From NCBI RefSeq assembly GCF_018336915.1, contig NZ_CP064923.1, positions 540,001 to 572,000 on the forward strand: a stretch of 32,000 nucleotides of DNA, written 5' to 3'. Origin of the DNA: Acaryochloris marina S15 (lineage in GTDB: Bacteria > Cyanobacteriota > Cyanobacteriia > Thermosynechococcales > Thermosynechococcaceae). The notes under the pieces are model-generated. The model did not search any database. It was not told the origin of the DNA and saw only the letters and a list, made by a program, of their open reading frames with translations. Made by a program: the position numbers and the translations under genes. Positions 1 to 8,423 of this stretch are shown piece after piece; position 1 is the first letter of the stretch; each line of letters begins with the position of its first letter.

Positions 1-1023
1 CAAGTTCGATTTGCGATTCATACTTGGGCTACTCTAGCCGCTTCGGTTGAAGGCTGCCAACGTCATTTTTTTGGTGATGAATGGGGTGCCATCCATTCCT
101 GCTGTTGGCTACCGCTGTATCACGTCAGTGGGTTGATGCAGTTTATGCGATCGCTACTCTCATACGGCAAGCTAATCCTCCTCCCTCGCCACTGTTTTTC
201 CCCCACTCCCTCCTTAACTCCAGACGTTGCAGCTTTTCTGGATTCTCAATCTGAGCAGCCCCATCCGTATTTTCTCTCCCTTGTTCCCACCCAACTCCAA
301 CGACTCTTGCAACAGAGCGACTCTCGCATACAGTGGCTGGCGCGATTTCGCACCATTCTGGTAGGGGGAGGTCCTACATGGCCTGCTTTACTACAGGCGG
401 CTCGTCAGCATCATTTACGTCTGGCATTAACCTATGGAATGACGGAAACGGCAGCTCAAGTCGCCACCTTAGATCCAGATCAATTCCTTCTAGGTGCCGC
501 ACATAATGGCCACATTTTGCCCCACGCTCAGATTGCGATTAAAGATGAGCAACATCAGGGCGTGCTGGCCCATCAAACTGGACAGGTGGTCATTGAAAGT
601 ACCTCTCTTTGTAAGGGATATTACCCTCAACTATTTGTCTCTGATCACAAATTTTTTACGGATGATTTGGGGTATTTCAATGACCAAAGAGAGTTGCATA
701 TTGTGGGTCGTTTAAGTCGCAAGATTATCTCTGGGGGTGAGAATGTTTTTCCTGAAGAAATAGAACGGTTAATCCTGGGTACAGGCATAGTGAAAGATGC
801 CACGGTTTTTGGCCAACCCCACCCAGATTGGGGTCAAAGTATTACAGCAGTTGTGGTCCCTGCAGTAGACTCCTTTTCCCTAGCCGCATTGCAAGTTTTG
901 CTGAAGACTCAACTCAGCCCCTTTAAACAACCCAAGCAATGGCATGTACTACCCAGACTGCCCCGCAATCCTCAAGGTAAAATCGACCAATCCCAGCTTA
1001 GAAAAGTACTTCAGGCTCATTAG
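1..1023 (+). CDS. menE: O-succinylbenzoate--CoA ligase-like adenylate-forming enzyme (MenE type); 5' end lies outside the window
   Basis: Frame 1 is open from base 1 (QVRFAIHTW...LPLYHVSGLM) into the listed 133..1023 ORF. Acyl/aryl-CoA ligase motifs are present: LTYGMTETAAQV, GYFNDQRELHIVGRLSRKIISGGENVFPEEIE and a C-terminal NPQGKI. The short C-terminal half is typical of MenE. Confidence 0.7.
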   Translation, partial: QVRFAIHTWATLAASVEGCQRHFFGDEWGAIHSCCWLPLYHVSGLMQFMRSLLSYGKLILLPRHCFSPTPSLTPDVAAFLDSQSEQPHPYFLSLVPTQLQRLLQQSDSRIQWLARFRTILVGGGPTWPALLQAARQHHLRLALTYGMTETAAQVATLDPDQFLLGAAHNGHILPHAQIAIKDEQHQGVLAHQTGQVVIESTSLCKGYYPQLFVSDHKFFTDDLGYFNDQRELHIVGRLSRKIISGGENVFPEEIERLILGTGIVKDATVFGQPHPDWGQSITAVVVPAVDSFSLAALQVLLKTQLSPFKQPKQWHVLPRLPRNPQGKIDQSQLRKVLQAH

Positions 1024-1441
1024 TAGGAGTTAGGAGACGCAAATTCTGGCGTTAACCCATCTAATTTTATTGATATGTTTCACTCTGTTAACCCCCGCAA
1101 ATAAGAGTGAACTTTAGTAAAATAACTGAGTCAGTCCTGGGGGTTAATGTTAGATTAAACCCAGGTACAAAAAGTCAAAGTTAACAAGTAACCCCAGAGC
1201 ACGTCAGTACCTCCTACCTCTGTTCTGAAGAGCAACCTTCTTCCTGAGAACTTACGATTTGTGGTCATCCTTTTCTATACGAAAAAGCTGAAGACCAGAA
1301 CACTTATCTAGTAAAGATATGTAAGACTTACCTCTTAGAACTGTTGCTGTTGTTAATGTCCACTTTAGTTGTTTTTTTCTTGTACACTCTATCTATTTTT
1401 TCAACTCTGAGCAAACATACATTCTCGGTTTCTATAGGATT

Positions 1442-1471
1442 AAGGGTTTGGTTGCAATAAGCCAAACCCTT
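1442..1471. repeat. Perfect 10-bp inverted repeat AAGGGTTTGG / CCAAACCCTT with a 10-nt spacer; possible terminator hairpin
   Basis: Read directly from the sequence. It lies 44 nt beyond the stop of the minus-strand HAD gene. The only U-run is on the + strand (GCCGUUUUAG), so strand and function are uncertain. Confidence 0.35.
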
Positions 1472-1514
1472 TAGCCGTTTTAGAGGTGTTTGTCATGCTC
1501 GAATAAAGCTTGAA

Positions 1515-2300
1515 TTAATGTGTGAGTAGCCGTTGAGTAATTTCGATAAATCCTAACCCCTCCGCTGCTTGGGTTATCGCTTGGGGATGGTGGTCAATCT
1601 GTTCCAGATAGTGAGACAAATTGGCAACGCCGACTGACAGAGGAAAAACTTGAGGGTCAAAGAGATCTTGATCATTGGGGCTATCGCCAATCGTCAAGAT
1701 TTGGGCTAACTCATATTGCTCAGGCAAGTGATGCTCGAGTACGGTTAGTAGCCCTGCTTGCTTGTTCTGGCCTTGGGGTTTGATGTGGCACTGCACTGTA
1801 CTATAGGTAAAATCAAATCCTTCAGTGGCGCAGAGATTCGCCATCTGATCTAAATCGACCGGATCGAAATCAGGATTATCAAAGGTCCAATCTGTGATCC
1901 TGAAAGCGTTGTCAGCCGTAGTCCGTAGATGCGGGAAATGAGTTTGAAGCATACGAAAGGTATTGGCTAAGTGAGCCCGGTGATCTTTGAGGCCAGGAAT
2001 GTCTGAAAGTACTTTCCCGGGGGTATCGGGTTGGTGAAAGAAAAGGCCGCCATTTTCTGCGATCGCACCTTGTATCGGCAAATAATGGGCGAGTCCGCTG
2101 ACCCAACCCGCCGATCGACCCGTCACAATCACAACAGCAAACCCGCTATTTTGTAAGTCCCACAATGCTTGACCAAAGATAGCTGGGAATTTACCGTCTA
2201 CAGTTAGAGTGCCATCCATATCGGTTGCAATCAGTTTGATGGTATTGAGCTGCTGTGCAGGAAGATCTGCAAATGGTGTGATGGAGTGGCTCATGGACAA
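1515..2300 (-). CDS. HAD-superfamily hydrolase, subfamily IIB (Cof / sugar-phosphate phosphatase-like)
   Basis: HAD motif I IATDMDGTLT, motif II VIVTGRS, motif IV GDSPNDQDLF, with a cap domain between motifs II and III. Confidence 0.8.
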   Translation of the reverse strand: MSMSHSITPFADLPAQQLNTIKLIATDMDGTLTVDGKFPAIFGQALWDLQNSGFAVVIVTGRSAGWVSGLAHYLPIQGAIAENGGLFFHQPDTPGKVLSDIPGLKDHRAHLANTFRMLQTHFPHLRTTADNAFRITDWTFDNPDFDPVDLDQMANLCATEGFDFTYSTVQCHIKPQGQNKQAGLLTVLEHHLPEQYELAQILTIGDSPNDQDLFDPQVFPLSVGVANLSHYLEQIDHHPQAITQAAEGLGFIEITQRLLTH

Positions 2301-2332
2301 TTCGTGCAGGGCGGTCTTATTCTACAGTGCGA

Positions 2333-2833
2333 TTAGACCGCCTTATAAATGACGGCACCATCGGACTCGCGATTCCCAACAACCAATAGTTCGGCCAAAC
2401 ACAGCTCTTGGACTTTGGATTTGACCGTTTCAGGACTTGTTTCGGTCGCAATTACGCAATCACTCAGGGTGGCCCCCCTCTGATCTCGACAAATCTTTAG
2501 AATTTGCACATCCAGAGGTGGACTCGTTTGCCCATAAGTACTGACATCTCTCACAATAGTGGGTTGTGTCGTGGCATCAGCTGAACTATAGAGTAATCTC
2601 TGCTTCAGATTTTTATGGTCAACCATCTCTGGAATTAAAAAGAGATCGACCACTTGGCCAATGCCGAGAAATCCGAAGGTACAAAAGTAGAGAATGCCGC
2701 TAACGGGTTTGCCTAGGTAGAATCGGTGAATCCCACAGATGCCAAAGGTAGAGAAAAACCAAAGGAGATAGGCGGTACCATTATTAGCCATTGGGGTGTT
2801 ACGACCTTTGCTGTCTCGAACACTATTCTTCAA
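2333..2833 (-). CDS. TM2 domain-containing membrane protein with a soluble C-terminal domain
   Basis: YLLWFFSTFGICGIHRFYLGKPVSGILYFCTFGFLGIGQVVDLFLIP matches the TM2 two-helix signature (G-x-H-R-F-Y-L-G). The true start may be the internal MANNGTAY (ATG at 2791). Confidence 0.7.
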   Translation of the reverse strand: MKNSVRDSKGRNTPMANNGTAYLLWFFSTFGICGIHRFYLGKPVSGILYFCTFGFLGIGQVVDLFLIPEMVDHKNLKQRLLYSSADATTQPTIVRDVSTYGQTSPPLDVQILKICRDQRGATLSDCVIATETSPETVKSKVQELCLAELLVVGNRESDGAVIYKAV

Positions 2834-3042
2834 TTCTAGCTAATGAGGAATTGCAGCAGAATCGCAATCTTTACCTTTCTACAGAAAAGCAAGGGACTGG
2901 TCCCCCCTTCACAATCTCCAACGGAAGCGTAATAGATCCCTGGTCTAAGATTATTTATTCAAAACACGACGGAAATCTACCAGAAAACAGATCATTCATC
3001 TGCATAGGCTAGGGATCTATTATGCTTCCGTTGCTACTGAGG

Positions 3043-3678
3043 CTACAAAGTGCACTTGGATTTATTCTGACGGACAAGATGTGACCATTTTCTTTTGGCG
3101 AAGATACCAAGACCGATGGTTATAATGCTGCCCAAGAAAGTACTAGGCTCAGGAACAGTCACGAACTCAGGAGAACTAGAACCGTTAAACAATCCGCACA
3201 GTGAACCAGGAGAACCATCACAGACTCGTACGCCTCCGCGAAGTTGAATGTTGCTGAAGGCACCAGGACCCGTAACGTAACGCGGGCCAAATAAGCCGGT
3301 AGTGGGCCTTAAAGTACTAATTCCTTCCCTGAACCTAGTATTGCCATCGCCCAAGGGACCACCATCTAAGTCATAGACAAGACCAAATAAGTCTCCAAAT
3401 CCATAAGTTGTCGGTGGTGTTAACCGATTCCCAGAAAAAGTGACCCTGAAGTCCGAAATTTCACGGAAGTTTTGGGAGCCTCTAAAATACGCAACTTGAC
3501 CATCGCCATCAAGGTCATCGGCGATGAAAAAACCTTCAGTGTAAGCGCCTTCATCAAAACCATCTTGTCTGAAGTTATAGGTTAGGGAGGCTGCTGTTGC
3601 TGGGGATATAAAGCTCAGAACCAAGGTGCATGAGGCATATGCACAGGCTGCTATTGTCAAAAACTTTGAGTTCTTCAT
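3043..3678 (-). CDS. PEP-CTERM sorting-domain secreted protein
   Basis: N-terminal signal peptide MKNSKFLTIAACAYASCTLVLSFISPATA. C-terminal VPEPSTFLGSIITIGLGIFAKRK gives the PEP motif, a TM helix and a basic cluster (exosortase sorting signal). Confidence 0.8.
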   Translation of the reverse strand: MKNSKFLTIAACAYASCTLVLSFISPATAASLTYNFRQDGFDEGAYTEGFFIADDLDGDGQVAYFRGSQNFREISDFRVTFSGNRLTPPTTYGFGDLFGLVYDLDGGPLGDGNTRFREGISTLRPTTGLFGPRYVTGPGAFSNIQLRGGVRVCDGSPGSLCGLFNGSSSPEFVTVPEPSTFLGSIITIGLGIFAKRKWSHLVRQNKSKCTL

Positions 3679-4188
3679 GTTTAAATCTCAGATTCTCGAT
3701 CATTAAAGACTCAGGAGATCGAAAAGACTAGCAATATTATAGTTAATGCTCTATTTCTACTGTAGAGATTATTTCCTCGTATTTAGGATTAAAAGAACAT
3801 AGTTCGATATCTGATGGAGGTACTGCTCTCTTAAGAACTAATAAATCCATTAGGCTCCTTTCCAGTAGGATATGCTAGCTGTTCTCCTACAAAAACTCCT
3901 AGAAGTTTTTCTGGATTTAGGTTTGATATCCCTATCACTTTTTAAGAGAGCAGTGCTGGAAAGGTCATCACAGCTGATCCATGGATATTGTCATAGCCAC
4001 TTGACATAACTGTTGTCCTCCAAAACAGTATTGATGCAGCAGTTGGATGAAAGTTTCTGATTTTGTGCTGGGCATCCGTGAAACTTGAAATCTTGAAGCC
4101 TCTGCTACAAGAGTGAGAAGAATACTCAAACCAGGCTACTTCGCTCATGGGTTTGGGCAGTAAGTCTAGGAGTGTATGCAGAAGCCGT

Positions 4189-4539
4189 TTACTCTTCTAA
4201 GCGAGTGATCAAAACTTTTAGCTCTTCAGCTAATTCTTGGCTAGTAATCTTTTGCTCAGTTTCACTAGTATCATCCATAAACATATTGCCTTTGCCTGTC
4301 AATAGCCAATCGATAGATACCTGATAATAGGTATTGAGCAAAATTAGAAAATCAATATTGAGTAAATAATCACCACACTCACAGCCTGACCACTGTCTGA
4401 CCGAGATAGAAAGATTTTTGGCAATTTGAACTTGGGATAACCCCAGATGAGCACGTAGCTGCTTCATTCGTCTGCCAATTTTCTGGGCTGCAATATGAAT
4501 TATTAGCTGATCTTTTTTCCCGAGTTGCTTGCGAGGCAT
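4189..4539 (-). CDS. XRE-family helix-turn-helix transcriptional regulator
   Basis: LRAHLGLSQVQIAKNLSISVRQWSGCECG ... VSIDWLLTGKG is a typical Cro/CI-type HTH with the IDWLLTG tail. The surrounding DNA is AT-rich. Confidence 0.75.
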   Translation of the reverse strand: MPRKQLGKKDQLIIHIAAQKIGRRMKQLRAHLGLSQVQIAKNLSISVRQWSGCECGDYLLNIDFLILLNTYYQVSIDWLLTGKGNMFMDDTSETEQKITSQELAEELKVLITRLEE

Positions 4540-4598
4540 AGCAGAGTGGCAGATTAGTTTTTATGTTATTAGAGATATTGAAAAGGACTAAAATTATA

Positions 4599-4685
4599 GT
4601 CATCTAATCTAAAAGGCGATAGAAAAAAAAGGTAATTAGATGACAAAAGATTGTCTAAATATTTTTCAACAAACATATTTTAGAC
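4599..4685. promoter_or_regulatory. Two adjacent inverted repeats in the divergent XRE / ORF-5070 intergenic region; candidate operators
   Basis: IR-1 is GTCATCTAAT (4599-4608) / ATTAGATGAC (4635-4644), a perfect 10 bp with a 26-nt spacer. IR-2 is GTCTAAATAT (4653-4662) / ATATTTTAGAC (4675-4685), 10 bp with one extra base. Both sit 60-150 nt upstream of the XRE start codon. Confidence 0.4.
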
Positions 4686-5069
4686 GTAATCCTCTAACGA
4701 GTTCTATGTAGGAATACGGATTCTTTTGCAATCACAGGCACTCTAAATGGAGAAAGCGTCTCCGTGAAAACACTGAATTTTTCGGAAATGGTGCATGATT
4801 ATTGAGTCATATTGCCTACTGTAGGGGTGCCACTCCGTATATTCACGGATACAATAGAAAGAACATTTATCAAATGGCATAGGTGGTGATTGCACAGGAC
4901 GCGATCATCTATGACATAGAGAAGTCTTTAGCCCCTGTTTGGGAGAACACTCTAATCTTTAGGATTTAGCAAATCATTCGCTTAGCTTTTGCGAGCGTTT
5001 ATGCTATCTCAGGGCTAGAAAAAGACATACATTAAAGAAAACATTATCTAGTTGTTGTTAGACATAGCA

Positions 5070-5486
5070 ATGGACACAATTCAATACAAGCGATCTACAA
5101 AGGGCTGTCAAACCAGACGGATAGCAGAACAGAGACATTCAAAGCTTCAGCCTTCTTTCACGACGAGGAGTAGCCTTCTGGAATCTTCTTATAAAGCCCA
5201 ACTAGATTTAGCTGTCAAAGGAGTGTTGTTTGAAAGCCTATACCCTCTCAGTCGAGATGAAATTGCAGAACGAATGACGTGGTTAATGGCAGATACCAAA
5301 TATGGCAAAATCAATCGGGTCTTTGCATCTCTTCAGCGCTTGATTACTAGCAAGTTGGTTGCAGCGACTCGCGTTGTTGATCAAGGAAAGGAGGTGACTA
5401 AATATCTTCTGAATCTCCCCTATGAAGAATTGCAAAAAGAGCGGGCGGCAAGGGTGAGAATTCAGCAGTTTCAGTGTAACGAATAG
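5070..5486 (+). CDS. Hypothetical protein, divergent from the XRE gene
   Basis: The ORF track starts at TTG 5052; the first ATG is at 5070. A stem-loop plus T-run follows at 5543-5575. I recognise no motif, and the DNA is AT-rich. Confidence 0.45.
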   Translation: MDTIQYKRSTKGCQTRRIAEQRHSKLQPSFTTRSSLLESSYKAQLDLAVKGVLFESLYPLSRDEIAERMTWLMADTKYGKINRVFASLQRLITSKLVAATRVVDQGKEVTKYLLNLPYEELQKERAARVRIQQFQCNE

Positions 5487-5542
5487 AAATCTTTTCTATT
5501 GGTATCGAAAGCAAGACGATACATCCTGAATAAAAAATCAAA

Positions 5543-5575
5543 GAAAGAGGACTGATAACCAATCCTCTCTCTTTT
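5543..5575 (+). terminator. Rho-independent terminator candidate
   Basis: Stem GAAAGAGGA (5543-5551) / TCCTCTCTC (5563-5571): 6 perfect bp plus 2 more beyond one mismatch, followed by TTTT (5572-5575). Confidence 0.45.
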
Positions 5576-5715
5576 GTGTCACTTACAAGTAACTAAGAAG
5601 CGTATATTAATTTCGAAGTGCGCTGTTGACGGATGTAATTTACCTCAGTCTTATTCCCTCATTTTATTTTTTGAACGAATGCTGCCTTAAGAGAGGCGAA
5701 AGAAAGGAGTGAAAC

Positions 5716-6819
5716 TTAGGATTTGGAGTCAGATTGGTAGTAAACTTTCTCTCCATGATCAGGAACGTATCGGCAATCTCTCAAGGCAATCCATAAACTC
5801 TTCCAAATGGGATCTGGAGACTTCTGATAGTACTCACCTAAGAGCGGCTTAATGGCTTTGGTTGCCGTCAGCAAATGATAGTGAGGCATGCCTAAGAAAA
5901 TATGGTGGGCGACATGAGTGCCAATATTGTGATGGATGGGATTGATAAACCCATAGTCATGGTCGATGGTAGAGAGTGCACCCTTGAGAAAATACCAATT
6001 GTCATTGGGGTACCAAGGTACACTCGGGACGGTATGGTGCAACAAAGTAACGACGTCTAGCCAAACAATGAAAACAATATAGGGAACGAGATAATACTTG
6101 ACTAGGAATAACCAGCCATTGGTGTAAGTGAGAACTGCTAAAAAAGCGATCATTGCTCCCCATAAGACCGTACTGGTGATGACATCCCATTTCTCGGAAG
6201 GCTTGAATAAGGGGCTACTAGGCAGGAAATGAGATCCCTTGCGTCCAGGTGACCGCTTGAATAGATAGATGGGATAGGCCAGTAGGGTCAAATAGTAACG
6301 GACAAATTTGACATCCTTCGGCATCTCTCGATATTGAGTTTCCGTGGGAGGGTACCAACTTTCATCCGTTTCGATATTGCCTGTATTGGCATGGTGGGTA
6401 CGGTGACTAATGCGCCAACCATGAAAAGGCACCAAAATTGGCGTATGGCTGAGATGTCCGATCAAATCGTTCAGCCGCCTGTGTTTGGAAAAAGAACGAT
6501 GACCACAGTCGTGTCCCACAACAAATAACGCCCAAAACATTGTGCCTTGAGCTAACCAAAAGATGGGCCAGAACCATAGGGCATTAATTTGATGGGCAAT
6601 GGCGTATAAACCAGCGATAATACCGATATCTAAAAAGAAATATGAAAGAGATCGCCAGGCTGAAGGCTCAAAGCAATGAGGGGGAATGGCTGCCTTTACC
6701 TCTTGAAGGGTAAAGGGTAATTCTCTAGACCTAGAGACGGCGGGGCCTTTGGTTTCAACACCAGTAGAGTTTTGCACGAAAAAATACTGCTTCCTTACGC
6801 TGTAGTGACCGAGTCTCAT
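5716..6819 (-). CDS. desB: Acyl-lipid omega-3 fatty acid desaturase (DesB type)
   Basis: Three His boxes: HDCGHRSF, WRISHRTHHANTGN and HVAHHIF. ELPFTLQEVKAAIPPHCFEPS and GALSTIDHDYGFINPIHHNIGTHVAHHIF closely resemble the cyanobacterial DesB / plant FAD3/7 pattern, not the Delta12 type. I prefer MRLGHY (ATG 6819) to the ORF-track start at 6855. Confidence 0.8.
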   Translation of the reverse strand: MRLGHYSVRKQYFFVQNSTGVETKGPAVSRSRELPFTLQEVKAAIPPHCFEPSAWRSLSYFFLDIGIIAGLYAIAHQINALWFWPIFWLAQGTMFWALFVVGHDCGHRSFSKHRRLNDLIGHLSHTPILVPFHGWRISHRTHHANTGNIETDESWYPPTETQYREMPKDVKFVRYYLTLLAYPIYLFKRSPGRKGSHFLPSSPLFKPSEKWDVITSTVLWGAMIAFLAVLTYTNGWLFLVKYYLVPYIVFIVWLDVVTLLHHTVPSVPWYPNDNWYFLKGALSTIDHDYGFINPIHHNIGTHVAHHIFLGMPHYHLLTATKAIKPLLGEYYQKSPDPIWKSLWIALRDCRYVPDHGEKVYYQSDSKS

Positions 6820-7101
6820 TCTATCTCTTAACAAGTCGTAATCAAAGTTAAGCAATGACTCCCATGAAAGTTTACAAATTGAAATAGTATTAACTTCAGA
6901 ACTGAATTTCCTTATATCTATCTGGGTTAACTCTTGGGGGGGTGATCGCGGTCAATCTATTAAAGGATTGAGACTACTAAGCTCTAGTGAGCTATATTTT
7001 TCTTGCTCTGCAGTATTGGACCCGCTGATTACATCAAGCTCCGCTGAACTAGCGGTTCCCGAACCAATCCTCTGACGTTACTTCAGAACATATCTTCTGC
7101 C

Positions 7102-8073
7102 ATGATTACTCATCAAAATCTTTGTAAGAAAAACCATCAGTTTAAGAACAACTGCTTAAAATTCTTGAGTGTGAGCAGTGTTCTTCTGGTCCTAATCAGT
7201 GGATGCAGCTCGGAAAACTCTAGTTCTAAATCTAAATCTCAGGCGCAATCAGGAGACCCGGCAGCCAGTACTCCAGAGCCTCTCAATTCAACGCCGACAA
7301 AATTAAAGTTAACGGTTGTATCTCCCGAGTCACTGCGCGTTAAGCAGGGAGATTTAATCGTTAAGGGGCAAATTTTGGTCGATCGGACCGCTGCCCGTCA
7401 GACCATTATGGCTCGCCGTCAAAAGGTGCAACAGGAAGTTGCGCTTTTAACGGCGACGGAACAGATTCCGACTGCCCCAACGAATACAACTGCGGCAGAA
7501 GCTCAGGTGCAGCAAGCCCGAGAACGGGTTCGTTTAGCGGATGCTGCAATGCAGGATTATCTGGCTAAATCTCCTTACACTGATCTTGCTCGTCAAACCC
7601 TGCCTCTGCCATCGGAGGAGAAACAGTTAGCTCAGTTGCAATTCGCTAAAACCTCTGCTCAAGCCCAGCTAGAACAGGCCATTGCCCAGCGTAAGTCTTT
7701 ACAATCTTCTCAACAAGCTCGGCAACAGGGGCAAGCTGTAGCGTCTAGTAAGAAGAATCAACTTCTCAATGAGTTGAAAACTATTGAGGCCCAATTACAG
7801 GCTTTTCAAGATATTCTGTCTCCCCATGATGCGATTGTGCAAAAGGTCGATTGGCAAAAGAAGGGAAAAAATGGGACGACGGTAGAACTAGCCCTTGCGG
7901 TCCATTCTTTGGCAGATCCTGTTCCATCTCTACCTAATGGGACCAATAATCCTTTGCTATCGGTTCCTAGCCCAGCGCCCGGACAGCCCTTTCCCAGCCT
8001 TCCTGCGCCGTTAGCGCCTGCTCCCCAACCCGCAGCCCCCGGGCAGGTCCCGACTGCTGCTCAGCAACCTTGA
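7102..8073 (+). CDS. Putative lipoprotein with a Gln/Ala-rich coiled coil and a Pro-rich tail
   Basis: Lipobox LISGC. LKLTVVSPESLRVKQGDLIVKGQILVD resembles the lipoyl-like hairpin of membrane-fusion (HlyD-type) proteins. A long Q/A-rich helical region is followed by a PAPxxP tail. Confidence 0.6.
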   Translation: MITHQNLCKKNHQFKNNCLKFLSVSSVLLVLISGCSSENSSSKSKSQAQSGDPAASTPEPLNSTPTKLKLTVVSPESLRVKQGDLIVKGQILVDRTAARQTIMARRQKVQQEVALLTATEQIPTAPTNTTAAEAQVQQARERVRLADAAMQDYLAKSPYTDLARQTLPLPSEEKQLAQLQFAKTSAQAQLEQAIAQRKSLQSSQQARQQGQAVASSKKNQLLNELKTIEAQLQAFQDILSPHDAIVQKVDWQKKGKNGTTVELALAVHSLADPVPSLPNGTNNPLLSVPSPAPGQPFPSLPAPLAPAPQPAAPGQVPTAAQQP

Positions 8074-8271
8074 ATGATCAGTTTGAGTCGAAAGTGACTG
8101 GAGATGTTGCCTGAGGATCATGGCGGTTCTCAATTCAGTGTGTTAGGTTTGGCCACTGAGTCAATGGCGTGCTGTGAGGTAGCGGTTCAGGTTCTGAATA
8201 TCTGACTGGTACTTTGAAGCTGAAAATTGCGGATAAGTGTACCGCCAAGCACACAAGGTTGATTCACCATT

Positions 8272-8340
8272 CCTCGATTAGCTCAGCGGGAGAGCACCGG
8301 GCTTATCCGGGGGGCGTAGGTTCAAATCCTACATCGAGCG
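8272..8340 (+). ncRNA. tRNA-like element 1: cloverleaf with an aberrant anticodon arm
   Basis: Acceptor CCTCGAT / ATCGAGC: pairs 2-7 are Watson-Crick and 1:72 is C.C. U8-A9 is present. D-arm GCTC-AGCGGGA-GAGC. T-arm GTAGG-TTCAAAT-CCTAC. The anticodon arm is only CCGG-GCTTAT-CCGG (4 bp, 6-nt loop, no U33-NNN-purine pattern). There is no encoded CCA. Confidence 0.6.
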
Positions 8341-8343
8341 AAC

Positions 8344-8419
8344 CGAAAGCTAGCTCAGTTGGTAGAGCATCAGACTCATAATCTGACTGTCACAGGTTCA
8401 AATCCTGTACTTTCCACCA
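8344..8419 (+). tRNA. tRNA-like element 2: CAU anticodon (Met/Ile2 type) with a defective acceptor stem and encoded CCA
   Basis: D-arm TA-GCTC-AGTTGGTA-GAGC. Anticodon arm TCAGA-CTCATAA-TCTGA. Variable loop CTGTC. T-arm ACAGG-TTCAAAT-CCTGT. 3' end ACTTTCC-A-CCA. The 5' acceptor strand CGAAAGC gives a C.C mismatch at 1:72 and C.A at 7:66. It starts only 3 nt after element 1. Confidence 0.6.
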
Positions 8420-8423
8420 CCCC

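Noticed and set aside
3942-4148. 68-aa ORF downstream of the XRE gene as a possible toxin partner
   Set aside because: The composition is odd (Trp/His/Cys/Ser-rich), with no motif and no clear RBS. It cannot be supported from sequence alone, so it is mentioned only within the island finding.
8214-8240. Sigma70-type promoter for the tRNA-like array (TTGAAG at 8214-8219 with GATAAG/TAAGTG as the -10)
   Set aside because: The spacer lengths do not fit (about 12 nt to GATAAG) and the -10 candidates are weak. The promoter position remains unknown.
8344-8419. tRNA-like element 2 as an initiator tRNA-fMet (CAU anticodon plus a position 1:72 mismatch)
   Set aside because: Bacterial initiators have C1.A72 and three consecutive G:C pairs at the bottom of the anticodon stem. 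Here the mismatch is C.C, the anticodon stem is TCAGA/TCTGA, and there is a second acceptor mismatch.
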